64,000 nt of DNA from Dehalococcoidia bacterium (GCA_963662615.2 CAXXSR010000001.1:544001-608000); one strand, 5' to 3'; shown: positions 38,914 to 48,235, numbered from the stretch's first letter. Notes: generated by a model not told the origin, from the sequence alone. Made by a program: numbers and translations.

Positions 38914-40308
38914 ATGCGCACTCGCGTTAGCGTTATGATTGATCGTAACTCCCCGGGGAGCGGCATGAGGCCGTTGGGTCGCCCGGGCGCCGCTGCGCCC
39001 CTGATCGGGGTGATGCGTCCCCAAAAGTCGGCTGCGTCACCGCAGCGGCACAGCGCCGCCTCCGCCGGACCGCGGATATGTCCGTTCTTCGGCGCCGGCG
39101 AGACGCCGGGGGCGCGACTCAAGGTGCCGGGGGCGCGACTCGAGGCGGACAAGGTCGTAGTCCATCCGCTTCTGGCGCTCACGGTGGTCGGGGCGACGGC
39201 CATGCCGACCTCTTCACGCTGTCTCGCCCTGGCTGATCGGCTCCCGCTGAGCGAAGCGATCCGTGCGCGCCTGTGCGTCGGGGGCTCGCACACAAGCTGC
39301 GCGCGCTACCGGTTCGCGAAATCCGCCGGTCCTACGCTCCCAGCTTCACGCGCGCCAGCCCGACGGCGGCGGCGGCCGTTCGTCTTGTGGTCGGCCTTTT
39401 CCGCAATCCTGATAACGGCTATCGCTCTCGTCGTCCTCTTGCTGATCGTGGATGGCGACGGCGGCCCCGCGCCGGCGGTGACTGCGCCGCTCGCCGAAAC
39501 CAGCCATGACGGTCAGGCAGTGGGACCGGACCCGGGAGGGCAGCGAGCGGGAGCCGCGGCGGCACCGGCAGCGCCGGTGCAAGATATGCCCCCGTCCGAC
39601 GCGCGGCTGGACTCCGAAGGCGCCACGACCTCACCAGAGGCGCCTCCGGCGGCCGCCGATGGAGGCGTCGACGAGCCGACGGTCTTGGAGCAGCCTCCCA
39701 CGCCGTCCACGCAGGGCCGCCGCGCCCAAGCCGACGCCCAAGCCGACGCCCGAGCCGACGCCCAAACCGACGGCCAAGCCGACGCCCAAACCGACGGCCA
39801 AGCCGACGCCCGAGCCGACGCCCGAGCAGACGCCCAAGCCGACGCCCAAGCGGAAGCGCTCCCGCCCAAGCCACAGGACGGGGAAGGCGAGGACGCGTCG
39901 GAGTTGAGCGCTTGGCCGGACGTGGTGGTCTGGCGGGTGCGGCCGGGCGATTCCCTTGCGGCCATCGCGCGCGAGTACAAGACGACGGTCGAGGCCATCG
40001 CCACCCTCAACGGTCTTGTCGATGCGGATTGGATCGTCGTGGGCCGGGCACTCCGTGTCCCGCGCGGGTACCCGCCCCCGGCGGCCGCCGACGCCCTCAC
40101 GGCCGAGGAGCTTCGTCACCTGCGCGACTGGTCCGATATCGTCGCCTGGCGAGTACGACCAGGGGACTCGCTTCGAGCCATCGCCGCGCAATTCGACACG
40201 TCCATCGCAGCGATCATCCAGCTCAACGGAATCGCCCATCGCGACCTCATCTTCGTGGGGCGACAGCTGCAGGTACCCCTCGGCTTTCTACCCGAAGAGC
40301 GCGGCTGA
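38914..40308 (+). CDS. Membrane protein with Cys-rich N-terminus, TM helix, repetitive linker and two LysM domains
   Basis: Two WRVRPGDSL..IA....T....I..LNG LysM repeats; CP...RC...C....H..C N-terminal pattern; true start probably downstream of 38914. Confidence 0.85.
   Translation: MRTRVSVMIDRNSPGSGMRPLGRPGAAAPLIGVMRPQKSAASPQRHSAASAGPRICPFFGAGETPGARLKVPGARLEADKVVVHPLLALTVVGATAMPTSSRCLALADRLPLSEAIRARLCVGGSHTSCARYRFAKSAGPTLPASRAPARRRRRPFVLWSAFSAILITAIALVVLLLIVDGDGGPAPAVTAPLAETSHDGQAVGPDPGGQRAGAAAAPAAPVQDMPPSDARLDSEGATTSPEAPPAAADGGVDEPTVLEQPPTPSTQGRRAQADAQADARADAQTDGQADAQTDGQADARADARADAQADAQAEALPPKPQDGEGEDASELSAWPDVVVWRVRPGDSLAAIAREYKTTVEAIATLNGLVDADWIVVGRALRVPRGYPPPAAADALTAEELRHLRDWSDIVAWRVRPGDSLRAIAAQFDTSIAAIIQLNGIAHRDLIFVGRQLQVPLGFLPEERG
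39724..39855 (+). repeat. 12-bp tandem repeat x11 (GCCCAAGCCGAC consensus) inside the LysM gene
   Basis: Units counted directly; encodes AQAD/ARAD/AQTD/GQAD. Confidence 0.95.
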
Positions 40309-40345
40309 GATCGGCGCTCGCCTGCGATGATCAACCTGCTGGCGG

Positions 40346-40474
40346 CACGGTGGCGGCTTCTTCGGCCGGCTTGCAGACCCGGTGGTGACGCGCATCGCCC
40401 TGCGCCAGTGGCGCTCCGACTTGGGCACCCTCAAGGACCTGCTCGAAGCCGGTGCCGCGGGCGGCGCGCCCTAG
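40346..40474 (+). pseudogene. C-terminal remnant of an SRPBCC-family gene (not in the ORF track)
   Basis: Translates HGGGFFGRLADPVVTRIALRQWRSDLGTLKDLLEAG...*; the frame is closed upstream by TGA at 40328 with no start codon. Confidence 0.6.
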
Positions 40475-40496
40475 CGGGCCTACGTGATACCGATCA

Positions 40497-41507
40497 CTAC
40501 TTGATCCCGATCACCATCGACTCCGGGCCCGCCAGCGGCTCCACGCGCGTCTCCCGGAAGCCGGCCTCCTGCAACCATGCACGGCACTGGGCGCCCGTGT
40601 AGTCAAAGCCGCCCGGCGTCTCGATCAGCATGTTCAGGCTCATCAACAGGCCGAACGCGTTCACCCGTCGCTCGTCGTCAATGACGGCGCCGTAGACGAT
40701 GAGGGCGCCCTTTTCCGGGAGCGCGTCGTACGCCTTGCCGATCAACATCCGCTTTTCGTCCAAGTTCCAATCGTGGAGGATGTGCCCCATCACCAACACA
40801 TCGGCGGTCGGCATCGGGTCGGTAAAGAAGTCGCCGGCGTGGAACTGCAGCCGCTCCGACAGCCCAAATGATGCGACGTACTCCTCAAAGATTGGGCCCA
40901 CCGGCGGCAGATCGAAGCCGCCTCCCGTCAGATGCGCGTGCGCGCGCGCGATCTGCACCGGCAGCCCCCCTTGCGCCGTGCCCACGTCTATGAACGTCTT
41001 GTACTGGCTCCACGGGAAGCGCTGAGGCATCGCCGCGCCCACGCCAATGCTGAGCCCGGTCATGGCCTGCAAGAACGGCCGCAGCTGGGCCGGGTCGGCG
41101 TAGAGGGCGTCGAAGAAATTCCCGCCGTCCTTGGCCTCGTTCTGGGGGACACCGGTTTGCAGCGCTTCAGTAAGCAACCCCCAATTCGGGTACAGCCGCG
41201 CGTTCGCCATCTCCAATATCCCACCGATGTACGACGGCTTCGCCCGGTCCAGAAAGAGATCGCTCTCGCTGGTGTTGCGGTACGTCCCCTCATCCCGTTC
41301 CAGCATCCCCAACGCCACGAGTGCGTCCATAAAGTCGCGCGCGCCGGGATCGTGCAGCTTGAGCCGGTCGCGAACGTCGTCCGCGCTGAGAGGCCCCTTC
41401 GCCAGCTCGCTGAAGAGTCCCAGCTCCACCGCGGTCAGCAGCGTCTTGGAACCCCAGAACGCCATGCCCAGATGCATGATCCGCTCCGGAGTTGGCTGCG
41501 TGGTCAT
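40497..41507 (-). CDS. SAM-dependent O-methyltransferase (Methyltransf_2 plus dimerisation domain)
   Basis: [27 protein letters not shown] and SLNML motifs. Confidence 0.92.
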   Translation of the reverse strand: MTTQPTPERIMHLGMAFWGSKTLLTAVELGLFSELAKGPLSADDVRDRLKLHDPGARDFMDALVALGMLERDEGTYRNTSESDLFLDRAKPSYIGGILEMANARLYPNWGLLTEALQTGVPQNEAKDGGNFFDALYADPAQLRPFLQAMTGLSIGVGAAMPQRFPWSQYKTFIDVGTAQGGLPVQIARAHAHLTGGGFDLPPVGPIFEEYVASFGLSERLQFHAGDFFTDPMPTADVLVMGHILHDWNLDEKRMLIGKAYDALPEKGALIVYGAVIDDERRVNAFGLLMSLNMLIETPGGFDYTGAQCRAWLQEAGFRETRVEPLAGPESMVIGIK

Positions 41508-41554
41508 ATCGTGCCTCCGTTTCCCTCTCGTCCGATTGCTCACGTTGCCCGCCG

Positions 41555-42004
41555 CTACGACGCCGGCGACGTCGGCGGCCCCCGCACCTCCGTTGTATCG
41601 ATGATCGTCGGCGGCGTCGACAGTGTCTTGTGCACCGGGCAGCGGGTCGCAATGTAGGCTAGGCGGTCGCGCTGCTCCTCACTCAGGTCGCCTTCCAGCG
41701 CGATGGTGCGCCGAATCACTTCCACACGCCCCTCCTCCTGCTCCACCTCTGCGCAGTCCTGGGCGTAGACGCGGTCGTGCGACAGCTCCACGTGCACGGC
41801 GTCCAGCTTCCAGCCCTTGCGACGCGTGTACATCAGCAGCGTCATCGCCGTGCACGCGCCCAACGACGCCAGCAGCAGCTCGTACGGCGACGGCCCCAAG
41901 TCGTCGCCGGCCGGCGCGGGCTCGTCCGCGGTGAGGCTGTGGCGCTCGCTGCGGATGAGGGTCTCGTAGCGATCACCGACGCTGGTGACGGATACGTGTG
42001 CCAT
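41555..42004 (-). CDS. OsmC-family protein
   Basis: [19 protein letters not shown] and RCPVHKTL motifs. Confidence 0.92.
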   Translation of the reverse strand: MAHVSVTSVGDRYETLIRSERHSLTADEPAPAGDDLGPSPYELLLASLGACTAMTLLMYTRRKGWKLDAVHVELSHDRVYAQDCAEVEQEEGRVEVIRRTIALEGDLSEEQRDRLAYIATRCPVHKTLSTPPTIIDTTEVRGPPTSPAS

Positions 42005-42260
42005 TGAACGCCCTCCTGTCGGGCTAGCGGGCCGCAGGGACGGCGCCAGCTTCGTCCGCGGGCGCGCGGCAGGTCAATCCCATTGTCCCCATTGGCACTC
42101 CGCGTCGATCCGCACCGCCGCGCTCGTCCGGCCCCAATCCGCTTGGCCCCTCTGCGGCGTAGCCTAGGTGGATATGCAGGCTCCGCGATGAGGCGCCGGG
42201 GGTCGGTGGCGCGGTAAGGGTTTGGTAACAAGTCAGCCCCAGCGCTCTGCTAGCGTACGA

Positions 42261-43619
42261 ATGATGAATCGCAAGATCATCCTTGCCCTTGCCGGGTCGC
42301 TCGTCTTCCTCGTCGCTGCTTGCGGCGACGAGGACGCCGACGGCGCGCCGGCTGTCGCTGCTGCTCCGGAGGTTGTCGAGCCCGCCGCGTCTGCCGAGGC
42401 ACCCGCCTCCGTCCAGGAGGAGCCCGAGCCCGTCGGCGAACCCGCCGAGGCAGCCGAGCCCGCGCCCGTCGTCCAACCCGCTGAGGCAGCCGAGCCGGCG
42501 CCCAGCGTCGACGCCCCGTCAGACGCGGCCACGAATGAGCCGGAGACCGTTGCGGACGAGCCGGAGCCGCCCGCGGGCAGCGAGGCCCTGGAGATCCTCG
42601 ACGTCCCCGCTGCGGAGCTCGCCGGCGTGACGGGCTGGATCAACAGCGAGCCCACCACCATCGCCGAGCTGAACGAGCAGAACCGCGTCGTCCTGATCGA
42701 CTTCTGGACCTACACCTGCGTCAACTGCATCCGCACCATGCCCTTCCTGCGGGAGTGGCACCAGAAATACGGCGAGCGCGGCCTCACCATCTTGGGCGTC
42801 CATGCGCCCGAATTCGAATTCGAAAAGGACCCCAATAACGTGCAGGATGCGGTCCAGCGCTTCGAACTCGCCTACCCCATCGTGCAAGACAACGAAATGA
42901 CGACATGGCGGGCGTTCGCGAATCAATTTTGGCCCGCCAAGTACCTCATCGGCGCCAACGGCAACCTGCGCTACCGGCACTTCGGTGAGGGCGCCTACGT
43001 GGAGACTGAAAAGCATATCCGCGCCGCCTTGGAAGACGCCGGCTGGGACGTCAGCGACATCCCCCTGGGCACCGTCGACGAGCACGCGGTCGACCCCAAC
43101 GCCATCTCCGTCACCCGCGAGCTGTACGGCGGCTACGGACGGAACTACACGCAAAACGGCATCTACGCCCGTCAGCCCGAGTACTACGAGGGCGGCGACC
43201 GCGAGCTCTTCTATGAGGACCCCTCCCCCGTCATCCACGACAACCAGTACTGGTACCTGCAGGGGCTCTGGCGCAATGAGCGTGAGGCCATTGTCCACGC
43301 CCGTGTGACCGAGGACTACGAGGACTACATCGCCCTCCGGTTCATCGCCCGCAGTGTCAACGTGGTGCTCAATCCCCTTCGCGATGAGCCGTTCGACGTC
43401 GTGGTCGAACTCGCCGGCCGCCCGCTCACCACCGCTGAGTTTGGCGCCGACGTTATCTACGACGATCAGGGCCGCAGCATCATCCGCGTCGATGAGCCGC
43501 GCATGTACGCCATCGTCGAGCTGCCGGGCGTTGGCGAACACGAGCTGAAGCTGCGCTCGAATTCGGACAACTTCGCCATGTTCGCCTTCACCTTCGGTAT
43601 CTACACCGAAGGCCCCTAG
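42261..43619 (+). CDS. Lipoprotein thioredoxin/redoxin resembling the DipZ C-terminal region
   Basis: Lipobox VAAC; Pro/Glu linker; DFWTYTCVNC, GVHAPEFEFEK, HFGEG and AFTFG motifs. Confidence 0.88.
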   Translation: MMNRKIILALAGSLVFLVAACGDEDADGAPAVAAAPEVVEPAASAEAPASVQEEPEPVGEPAEAAEPAPVVQPAEAAEPAPSVDAPSDAATNEPETVADEPEPPAGSEALEILDVPAAELAGVTGWINSEPTTIAELNEQNRVVLIDFWTYTCVNCIRTMPFLREWHQKYGERGLTILGVHAPEFEFEKDPNNVQDAVQRFELAYPIVQDNEMTTWRAFANQFWPAKYLIGANGNLRYRHFGEGAYVETEKHIRAALEDAGWDVSDIPLGTVDEHAVDPNAISVTRELYGGYGRNYTQNGIYARQPEYYEGGDRELFYEDPSPVIHDNQYWYLQGLWRNEREAIVHARVTEDYEDYIALRFIARSVNVVLNPLRDEPFDVVVELAGRPLTTAEFGADVIYDDQGRSIIRVDEPRMYAIVELPGVGEHELKLRSNSDNFAMFAFTFGIYTEGP

Positions 43620-43779
43620 CGCGCCCTCTCGCTGGCGGTCCGCGGTAGACGTCGTCTTCGTCCCGGGTTCGCACTGCGGGCGCGCGCTCAACGTGTCGAC
43701 AATCAAGATTGTGGCGCCCAGCACGGGCGTACGCTGCTGCTTGGCTGCCTTCGGGCCGGCCCAACGCGAGGAGAGTGCA

Positions 43780-44079
43780 ATGATCGTCGTCTACCTGAAA
43801 GAAGGCAGCGTGATCGAGCTGCCTGAGGGCCAATCGGTCGCGACGAGCGGCAAGGCGCTGGGCGCGCTGGGGGTCGGTAGCAACCATCTGGAGGGGGAGT
43901 CGCTGGTCGTCACCGCAAGCGACGAGTCCACCGTGGCCGCATTCGCCGTGAGCGAGGTTGCGGGCTGGACCAGGTGCGCCAACGCGATCGCCCCAAGCGA
44001 GCGCCGCTCTCTCGCCCCCGACGCCCATATCGTGACCGAGATGTCGGAGGGACCACACCTCGCGGCCTCGGCGGGCTGA
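43780..44079 (+). CDS. Hypothetical protein (99 aa)
   Basis: GAGGAG RBS before ATG at 43780; beta-rich-looking N-terminus MIVVYLKEG. Confidence 0.55.
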   Translation: MIVVYLKEGSVIELPEGQSVATSGKALGALGVGSNHLEGESLVVTASDESTVAAFAVSEVAGWTRCANAIAPSERRSLAPDAHIVTEMSEGPHLAASAG

Positions 44080-44167
44080 GCCCCTGAGAGCAGGCGCCGG
44101 CGCGGCTGGAGCGCCCTCCGCTCTGCGCGTTCGACCGCGCCAGGACGACTCCCCGAGGGCCGCCGCC

Positions 44168-45529
44168 TCAGTATCCCAGCGCCTTCTGGATCCGCGCCCG
44201 CTCCGCCTCCAGGTCAGCGCTGACGCTCACTGGGTACGTCGCCGCCGCCGGTTCCACCCCCAGAAGCGCCTCCCCCAGAAGTGACGGTGGCAGCTCCGCA
44301 ATCGCCTCTCGCGTTCGCTCTCGGCTCTCCTCCAACGAGGCGCCGCCGGCTGGGAGGCGCCTTCCTTCCCGCATCACCTGCGCCAGCAGCGGCCTCCCTT
44401 GGCGCGCTTCCTCCCGTAGCGCAATGGTGTCGCCCGCGGCGCGCCCGTCCTCGCTCAGTCGGAACAGCTGTTTCTTGCCCGGCAGCGTGGCCTTGTCCGT
44501 AGAGAGCTTGATCCGGCCGCGGCCTCCGTACTCCACGAGCTTGTAGACGGCGTCCAGGCTGGGCGCGTCCTGCGACACCACCACCCGCGTGCCCACGGCG
44601 AACGCGTCGATAGGCGCCCCCTCGTGCAGCAGCCGCGCGATGGCGTATTCGTCCAGGCCGCCCCCCGCCACGATCTGCACATGCCCCAGCCCCGCGGCGT
44701 CCAGCAGCGCTCGAGACTCGCGGGCTAAGCCCCTCAGGTCGCCGGAGTCCAGCCGGATGCCCTGGACGCGAAACGCCCCTCCCAACTCCGCGGCCAGCTG
44801 TATGGCCGCGCGCACACCATCGAGCGTGTCGTACGTGTCGACGAGCAGGATCGTGTCGGGGTGCTCCGCCGCGAAGGCCCGGAACGCCTCCAAATCAGAT
44901 TGATGGACCTCCACGTAGCTGTGCGCCATGGTTCCGGCCATGGGAATCCCCCAGCGCTGCCCCGCCAGCAGGTTCGACGTTGACGCAAACCCCACCAGGT
45001 AGAGCGCCCGCGCCGCCTCCACTCCCGCCTCCAACCCGTGGGCGCGACGCGAGCCGAAATCGATGACCGGCCGTCCGCCCGCCGCCTGCACAACCCGCGC
45101 TCCCTTCGACGCCACCAGCGTGCCGAAGTGGACTTGGTTGAGCACCAGCGTCTCCACCATCTGCGCCTGCGGCAGCGGCGCCACCACCTCCAGGATCGGC
45201 TCGTCCGCGAACACGGGTGTGCCCTCCGCCACGGCGTAGACATCGCCGAGGAAGCGGAACGACGCCAGCGCGTCCAGGAACGTGGGCGAGAACCGGCCCA
45301 GCGAGTCGAGCCAGTCCAGCGCCTCCGCCGAGAAGGAGAAGCGCTCCAGGTGCTCCAGCGCGGCGTCGATCCCGCAGGCGACCAGGAAGTTGCGCTGCGG
45401 CGGTAGCCGCCGCACGCTCAGGTCGAAGACGGCCTCATCTTGCAGGTCGCCGGCCAAGTACGCCTGCGCCATGGTCAGCTCGTACAGGTCCGTGAACATC
45501 GACGGATCGGTGACGCGCCTGTCGGTCAT
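44168..45529 (-). CDS. pncB: Nicotinate phosphoribosyltransferase
   Basis: TDLYELTM, DFGSRRAHG, GTMAHS, LVDTYD, RLDSGD and VYKLVE motifs. Confidence 0.95.
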   Translation of the reverse strand: MTDRRVTDPSMFTDLYELTMAQAYLAGDLQDEAVFDLSVRRLPPQRNFLVACGIDAALEHLERFSFSAEALDWLDSLGRFSPTFLDALASFRFLGDVYAVAEGTPVFADEPILEVVAPLPQAQMVETLVLNQVHFGTLVASKGARVVQAAGGRPVIDFGSRRAHGLEAGVEAARALYLVGFASTSNLLAGQRWGIPMAGTMAHSYVEVHQSDLEAFRAFAAEHPDTILLVDTYDTLDGVRAAIQLAAELGGAFRVQGIRLDSGDLRGLARESRALLDAAGLGHVQIVAGGGLDEYAIARLLHEGAPIDAFAVGTRVVVSQDAPSLDAVYKLVEYGGRGRIKLSTDKATLPGKKQLFRLSEDGRAAGDTIALREEARQGRPLLAQVMREGRRLPAGGASLEESRERTREAIAELPPSLLGEALLGVEPAAATYPVSVSADLEAERARIQKALGY

Positions 45530-45605
45530 GATCCGCTCCCGCGTCCGCGGCGACGTCGGTCCTTCCTGCGGAAGGACCGCGGCCCGCCACGCTCACTCGC
45601 CACGC

Positions 45606-46190
45606 CTACTCGATCGTGACACCGGCGGCCCGCAGCGCCTCCAGGGCGCGCTCGCCGTCGCCGGGCTGCAGGTCCACGGCCCGAACGGCCTGCCCCAGTA
45701 CCACGGCCTCGAAGCCCAGGCGCACCGCGTCCAGGGCGCTCTCCTTGACGCAGTAGTCCGTGGCCAGCCCCACAATGACCAGCCGCCGGACCCCGTGTTC
45801 GTGGAGTAACGCCTCCAGCCGCGTCGACACTCGATCGCCGCTGCGTGGGTCACGAACCGAGAAGCCCGAGTAGCCGTCCTCTCCGCCCGCGCCCTTCTGC
45901 AACGCTTCGCCCTCCACGCGTAGGTCGGGGTGGAAAGCCGCGCCCCAACTGCCCTGCACGCAGTGGACCGGCCAGGGCCCGCCCTCCGTCTCAAAGTGCG
46001 CGGTGCGCTGCGGGTGCCAGTCCTGCGTGTACACGACCGGTGCGCCCGCCGCCCGCGCCGCCGCGATCTCCGCATTGATCGGCTCCACGATCTCGTCTCC
46101 GCCGCCCACCGAGAGGCTCCCTTTCGCATCGGCGAAGTCGTTCTGCACGTCGACGACGAGCAGCGCCGTCCGCGCGTCGTACCGCGTCAT
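45606..46190 (-). CDS. pncA: Nicotinamidase/pyrazinamidase
   Basis: VDVQNDF, TQDWH, WPVHCV, YSGF and GLATDYCV motifs; directly upstream of pncB. Confidence 0.93.
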   Translation of the reverse strand: MTRYDARTALLVVDVQNDFADAKGSLSVGGGDEIVEPINAEIAAARAAGAPVVYTQDWHPQRTAHFETEGGPWPVHCVQGSWGAAFHPDLRVEGEALQKGAGGEDGYSGFSVRDPRSGDRVSTRLEALLHEHGVRRLVIVGLATDYCVKESALDAVRLGFEAVVLGQAVRAVDLQPGDGERALEALRAAGVTIE

Positions 46191-46260
46191 GCCGCTCCCT
46201 CAGGATGCCTCGTCGCCCGCGCCGATCGCCGTCGCGAACGAGTCTATCGCTCGTCCGCAC

Positions 46261-46310
46261 CCCCTCTCCATCGCTCACCGATGGAGAGGGGGCCGGGGGG
46301 TGAGGTCATC
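46261..46310. repeat. Palindromic element, family B
   Basis: CCCTCTCCATC-n-GATGGAGAGGG-GGCCGGGGG(G)TGAGGTCATC; second copy at 49934-49986. Confidence 0.8.
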
Positions 46311-46349
46311 CCCCCCGGACCCGTCGCGGCCCTGTGGGTCGGTGCCTGG

Positions 46350-46370
46350 AACTCATCGAACCGATGAGCC
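46350..46370 (-). promoter_or_regulatory. SECIS-like hairpin for the UGA at 46383-46381
   Basis: mRNA GGCUCAUC-GGUUC-GAUGAGUU begins 10 nt after the UGA and lies just past the TAG stop. Confidence 0.7.
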
Positions 46371-46371
46371 T

Positions 46372-46680
46372 CTAGTGCGCTCAAGTGGGGCCGTGGGCGT
46401 GAAGCGGATCCACCGCGACCGCGAACGAGCGCCAGAAGAGGAACCGCTTCGTCTCCAGGTGGACGCTCTTGGCGAAACGCGGCAGCCCGAACGCCACCAG
46501 GATCTCCAGCCCCTGCTGCCGCACGATCTGGTAGCGCGATGTGTTCTTGCCCTTGAGGTAGGTGTCGACCGACACCTCCGCGCGGCCGCCTCAACCGATG
46601 GGCGGAATGTAGTCCAGCGCCATCACGCCGCCGCGCCTGCGGGCCAGGTGGACGGCTTCGTCGCTCAGGGAGATCTTCAT
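46372..46680 (-). CDS. Predicted selenoprotein with two Sec residues (U30, U100), HesB/IscA-like, 102 aa
   Basis: Single frame MKISLSDEAVHLARRRGGVMALDYIPPIG-UGA-GGRAEVSVDTYLKG...HAHGPT-UGA-AH-TAG; both UGAs are followed by G-U-loop hairpins. Confidence 0.75.
46557..46579 (-). promoter_or_regulatory. SECIS-like hairpin for the UGA at 46593-46591
   Basis: mRNA GGAGGUGUC-GGUC-GACACCU(A)CC starts 11 nt after the UGA; perfect 7-bp core stem with a GGUC loop. Confidence 0.75.
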
Positions 46681-46819
46681 GCGGCGTGTCTCAACGTCAC
46701 GTTTACGCTAGCACGCACACCGTCGGATGCACGGCCGTGCGCCGCCACGCCTATACTCCCCTGGCGGCTTGTGGTGGCGACGTTGCAGAGGGCGCGCGAC
46801 CTAGGGAGCGAGGATCGAC

Positions 46820-47215
46820 ATGGCGGCCGTTCGCGGGCTCGTGGAAGTGGTGCTGCTGGTCAACGACATGGAGAGGTCGCTGGCCTTCTACCGCGACGCG
46901 CTGGGCCTTGAGCTCTTCTCTCCGCCCGAGCTGCCGGGCAAGTTCCTCCGCGTCGGCGAGAGGGACGGCGTGCCCGCGCAGATCGTCCTCGTGCCTCGAC
47001 GGGGCGACGACGCCGCTCCCGCCGAGAAGGCGCAGCGCAACCTCCACCACCTCGGCCTGGAGGTGGCGCCGGAAGCGTTCGAGAGCGAGCGCGCCCGCCT
47101 GGCGGCCCTGGGCTACGAACTGCGCCCGGGCACCCACCCGTTCTTGGACGTGGAGGCGTTCTATCTGGACGACCCCGACGGCAACGAGGTCGAGATCGTC
47201 ACCCGCCCGGCCTGA
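46820..47215 (+). CDS. VOC/glyoxalase-family protein
   Basis: L.VNDMERSLAFYRDALGL, HHLGLEV and YLDDPDGNEVEI; TATACT -10-like hexamer near 46752. Confidence 0.92.
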   Translation: MAAVRGLVEVVLLVNDMERSLAFYRDALGLELFSPPELPGKFLRVGERDGVPAQIVLVPRRGDDAAPAEKAQRNLHHLGLEVAPEAFESERARLAALGYELRPGTHPFLDVEAFYLDDPDGNEVEIVTRPA

Positions 47216-47236
47216 GGGCCGGTTTACGCGATCTCG

Positions 47237-47264
47237 TTGACTGTTAACGGCCATCGCCTATCCT
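47237..47264 (+). promoter_or_regulatory. Sigma70-type promoter of CHRD gene 1
   Basis: TTGACT-16nt-TATCCT; conserved in the paralogous copy at 48299-48326. Confidence 0.6.
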
Positions 47265-47301
47265 CCCTTGCAGCATGGCGTCGCGCCAGAACCCTCGATC
47301 T

Positions 47302-47395
47302 CGCTCACCCTGAGCCTGTCGAGGGGTCGTCCTGAGCGTGCCTGCCCTGACCTGTCCTTCCCTCCTGGGAAGGAGCGTGCCGAAGGGGCGAACGG
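47302..47395. repeat. Palindromic element family A, composite copy in the 5' UTR of CHRD gene 1
   Basis: CCCTGAGCCTGTCGAGGG...CCTGA-CCTGTCCTTCCCTCCTGGGAAGGA-GCGTGCCGAAGGGGCGAACGG. Confidence 0.8.
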
Positions 47396-47439
47396 GGGGT
47401 CCGGGCAGGAGCGGCGCCGCCTAGAGGAGGACGAGAACG

Positions 47440-48210
47440 ATGAGCATCAGCAGAAACGGAGCGCTGCCGCTCGGACTTGCGGCAGCCGTCATTGTCGCGG
47501 CCTTGGTCGCCGGGGCGATCCTGCCGGGCCGCGCGACGGCGCAGTCGACGTTCAGCGCCACGCTGAGCGGCGACGCCGAGGTGCCGGCGGTCACCACGGA
47601 CGCCAGCGGCAGCTTCACCGCCACGATCGCGGACGGGGCGCTGGACTTCAGCTTGACCTCGGACGCGACAGGGATCACCGCATCGCACATCCACTTGGGC
47701 GGGCCGGACGAGAACGGCGGCGTTGTGGCCTTCCTCTTCGGCCCAGCCGATCCCGCTGTCGATGGCGTCGAGGCCACCGGCACCATCACCGTCGACGACC
47801 TCCTGGACCCCCTGGCGGGCGATTGGGACGGCTTCGTCGCGGCGCTGAACGACGGGACCGCCTACGTCAATGTCCACACCGAGGCCAACCCGCCCGGTGA
47901 AGTGCGCGGCCAGATCGCGCCGGCGGCGGAGGCCGCGCCGGAGCCCGAGCCGCCCGCGCCCGAACCTGAGGCGCCCGCGCCGGAGCCTGAGCCGGCCGCG
48001 CCTGAACCACCGGCGCCCGCGCCGACGCCCGAACCGGCCCCCGCGCCCGAGGCGCCGGCGGCCGCCCCCGACTCACTGCCCGCGACCGGCAGCGGGGGAC
48101 TGGCGGCAGACGGCGGCGGAGCCTCCGGCTGGATCTTGGCGCTGCTTGCGGCCGGCTTCACGCTCGGTGCCGGCCTGGGCCTCCGCCGGACCCTGCGGCG
48201 GCGCGCCTGA
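47440..48210 (+). CDS. Secreted CHRD-domain protein with Pro-rich stalk and LPXTG sorting signal
   Basis: LSGDAEVPAV, SHIH, YVNVHT..NP.GEVRGQI; C-terminal LPATG plus TM helix plus RRTLRRR. Confidence 0.9.
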   Translation: MSISRNGALPLGLAAAVIVAALVAGAILPGRATAQSTFSATLSGDAEVPAVTTDASGSFTATIADGALDFSLTSDATGITASHIHLGGPDENGGVVAFLFGPADPAVDGVEATGTITVDDLLDPLAGDWDGFVAALNDGTAYVNVHTEANPPGEVRGQIAPAAEAAPEPEPPAPEPEAPAPEPEPAAPEPPAPAPTPEPAPAPEAPAAAPDSLPATGSGGLAADGGGASGWILALLAAGFTLGAGLGLRRTLRRRA

Positions 48211-48235
48211 GCTTCCGGCCCTCGCCTGAGAACGA

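Noticed and set aside
39724-39855. Tandem array as a CRISPR
   Set aside because: 12-bp head-to-tail units without unique spacers, inside a CDS; no cas genes
46381-46575. 64-aa ORF taken as a complete gene with a GTG start
   Set aside because: The GGAG abuts the GTG and both are buried in the hairpin; the two-UGA readthrough model explains the upstream frame and both hairpins better, though it is unproven
47213-48210. Other TGA-terminated genes (VOC, CHRD gene 1) as selenoproteins
   Set aside because: The domains are complete before the TGA, there is no Cys-like context, and no properly spaced G-U-loop hairpin was noticed
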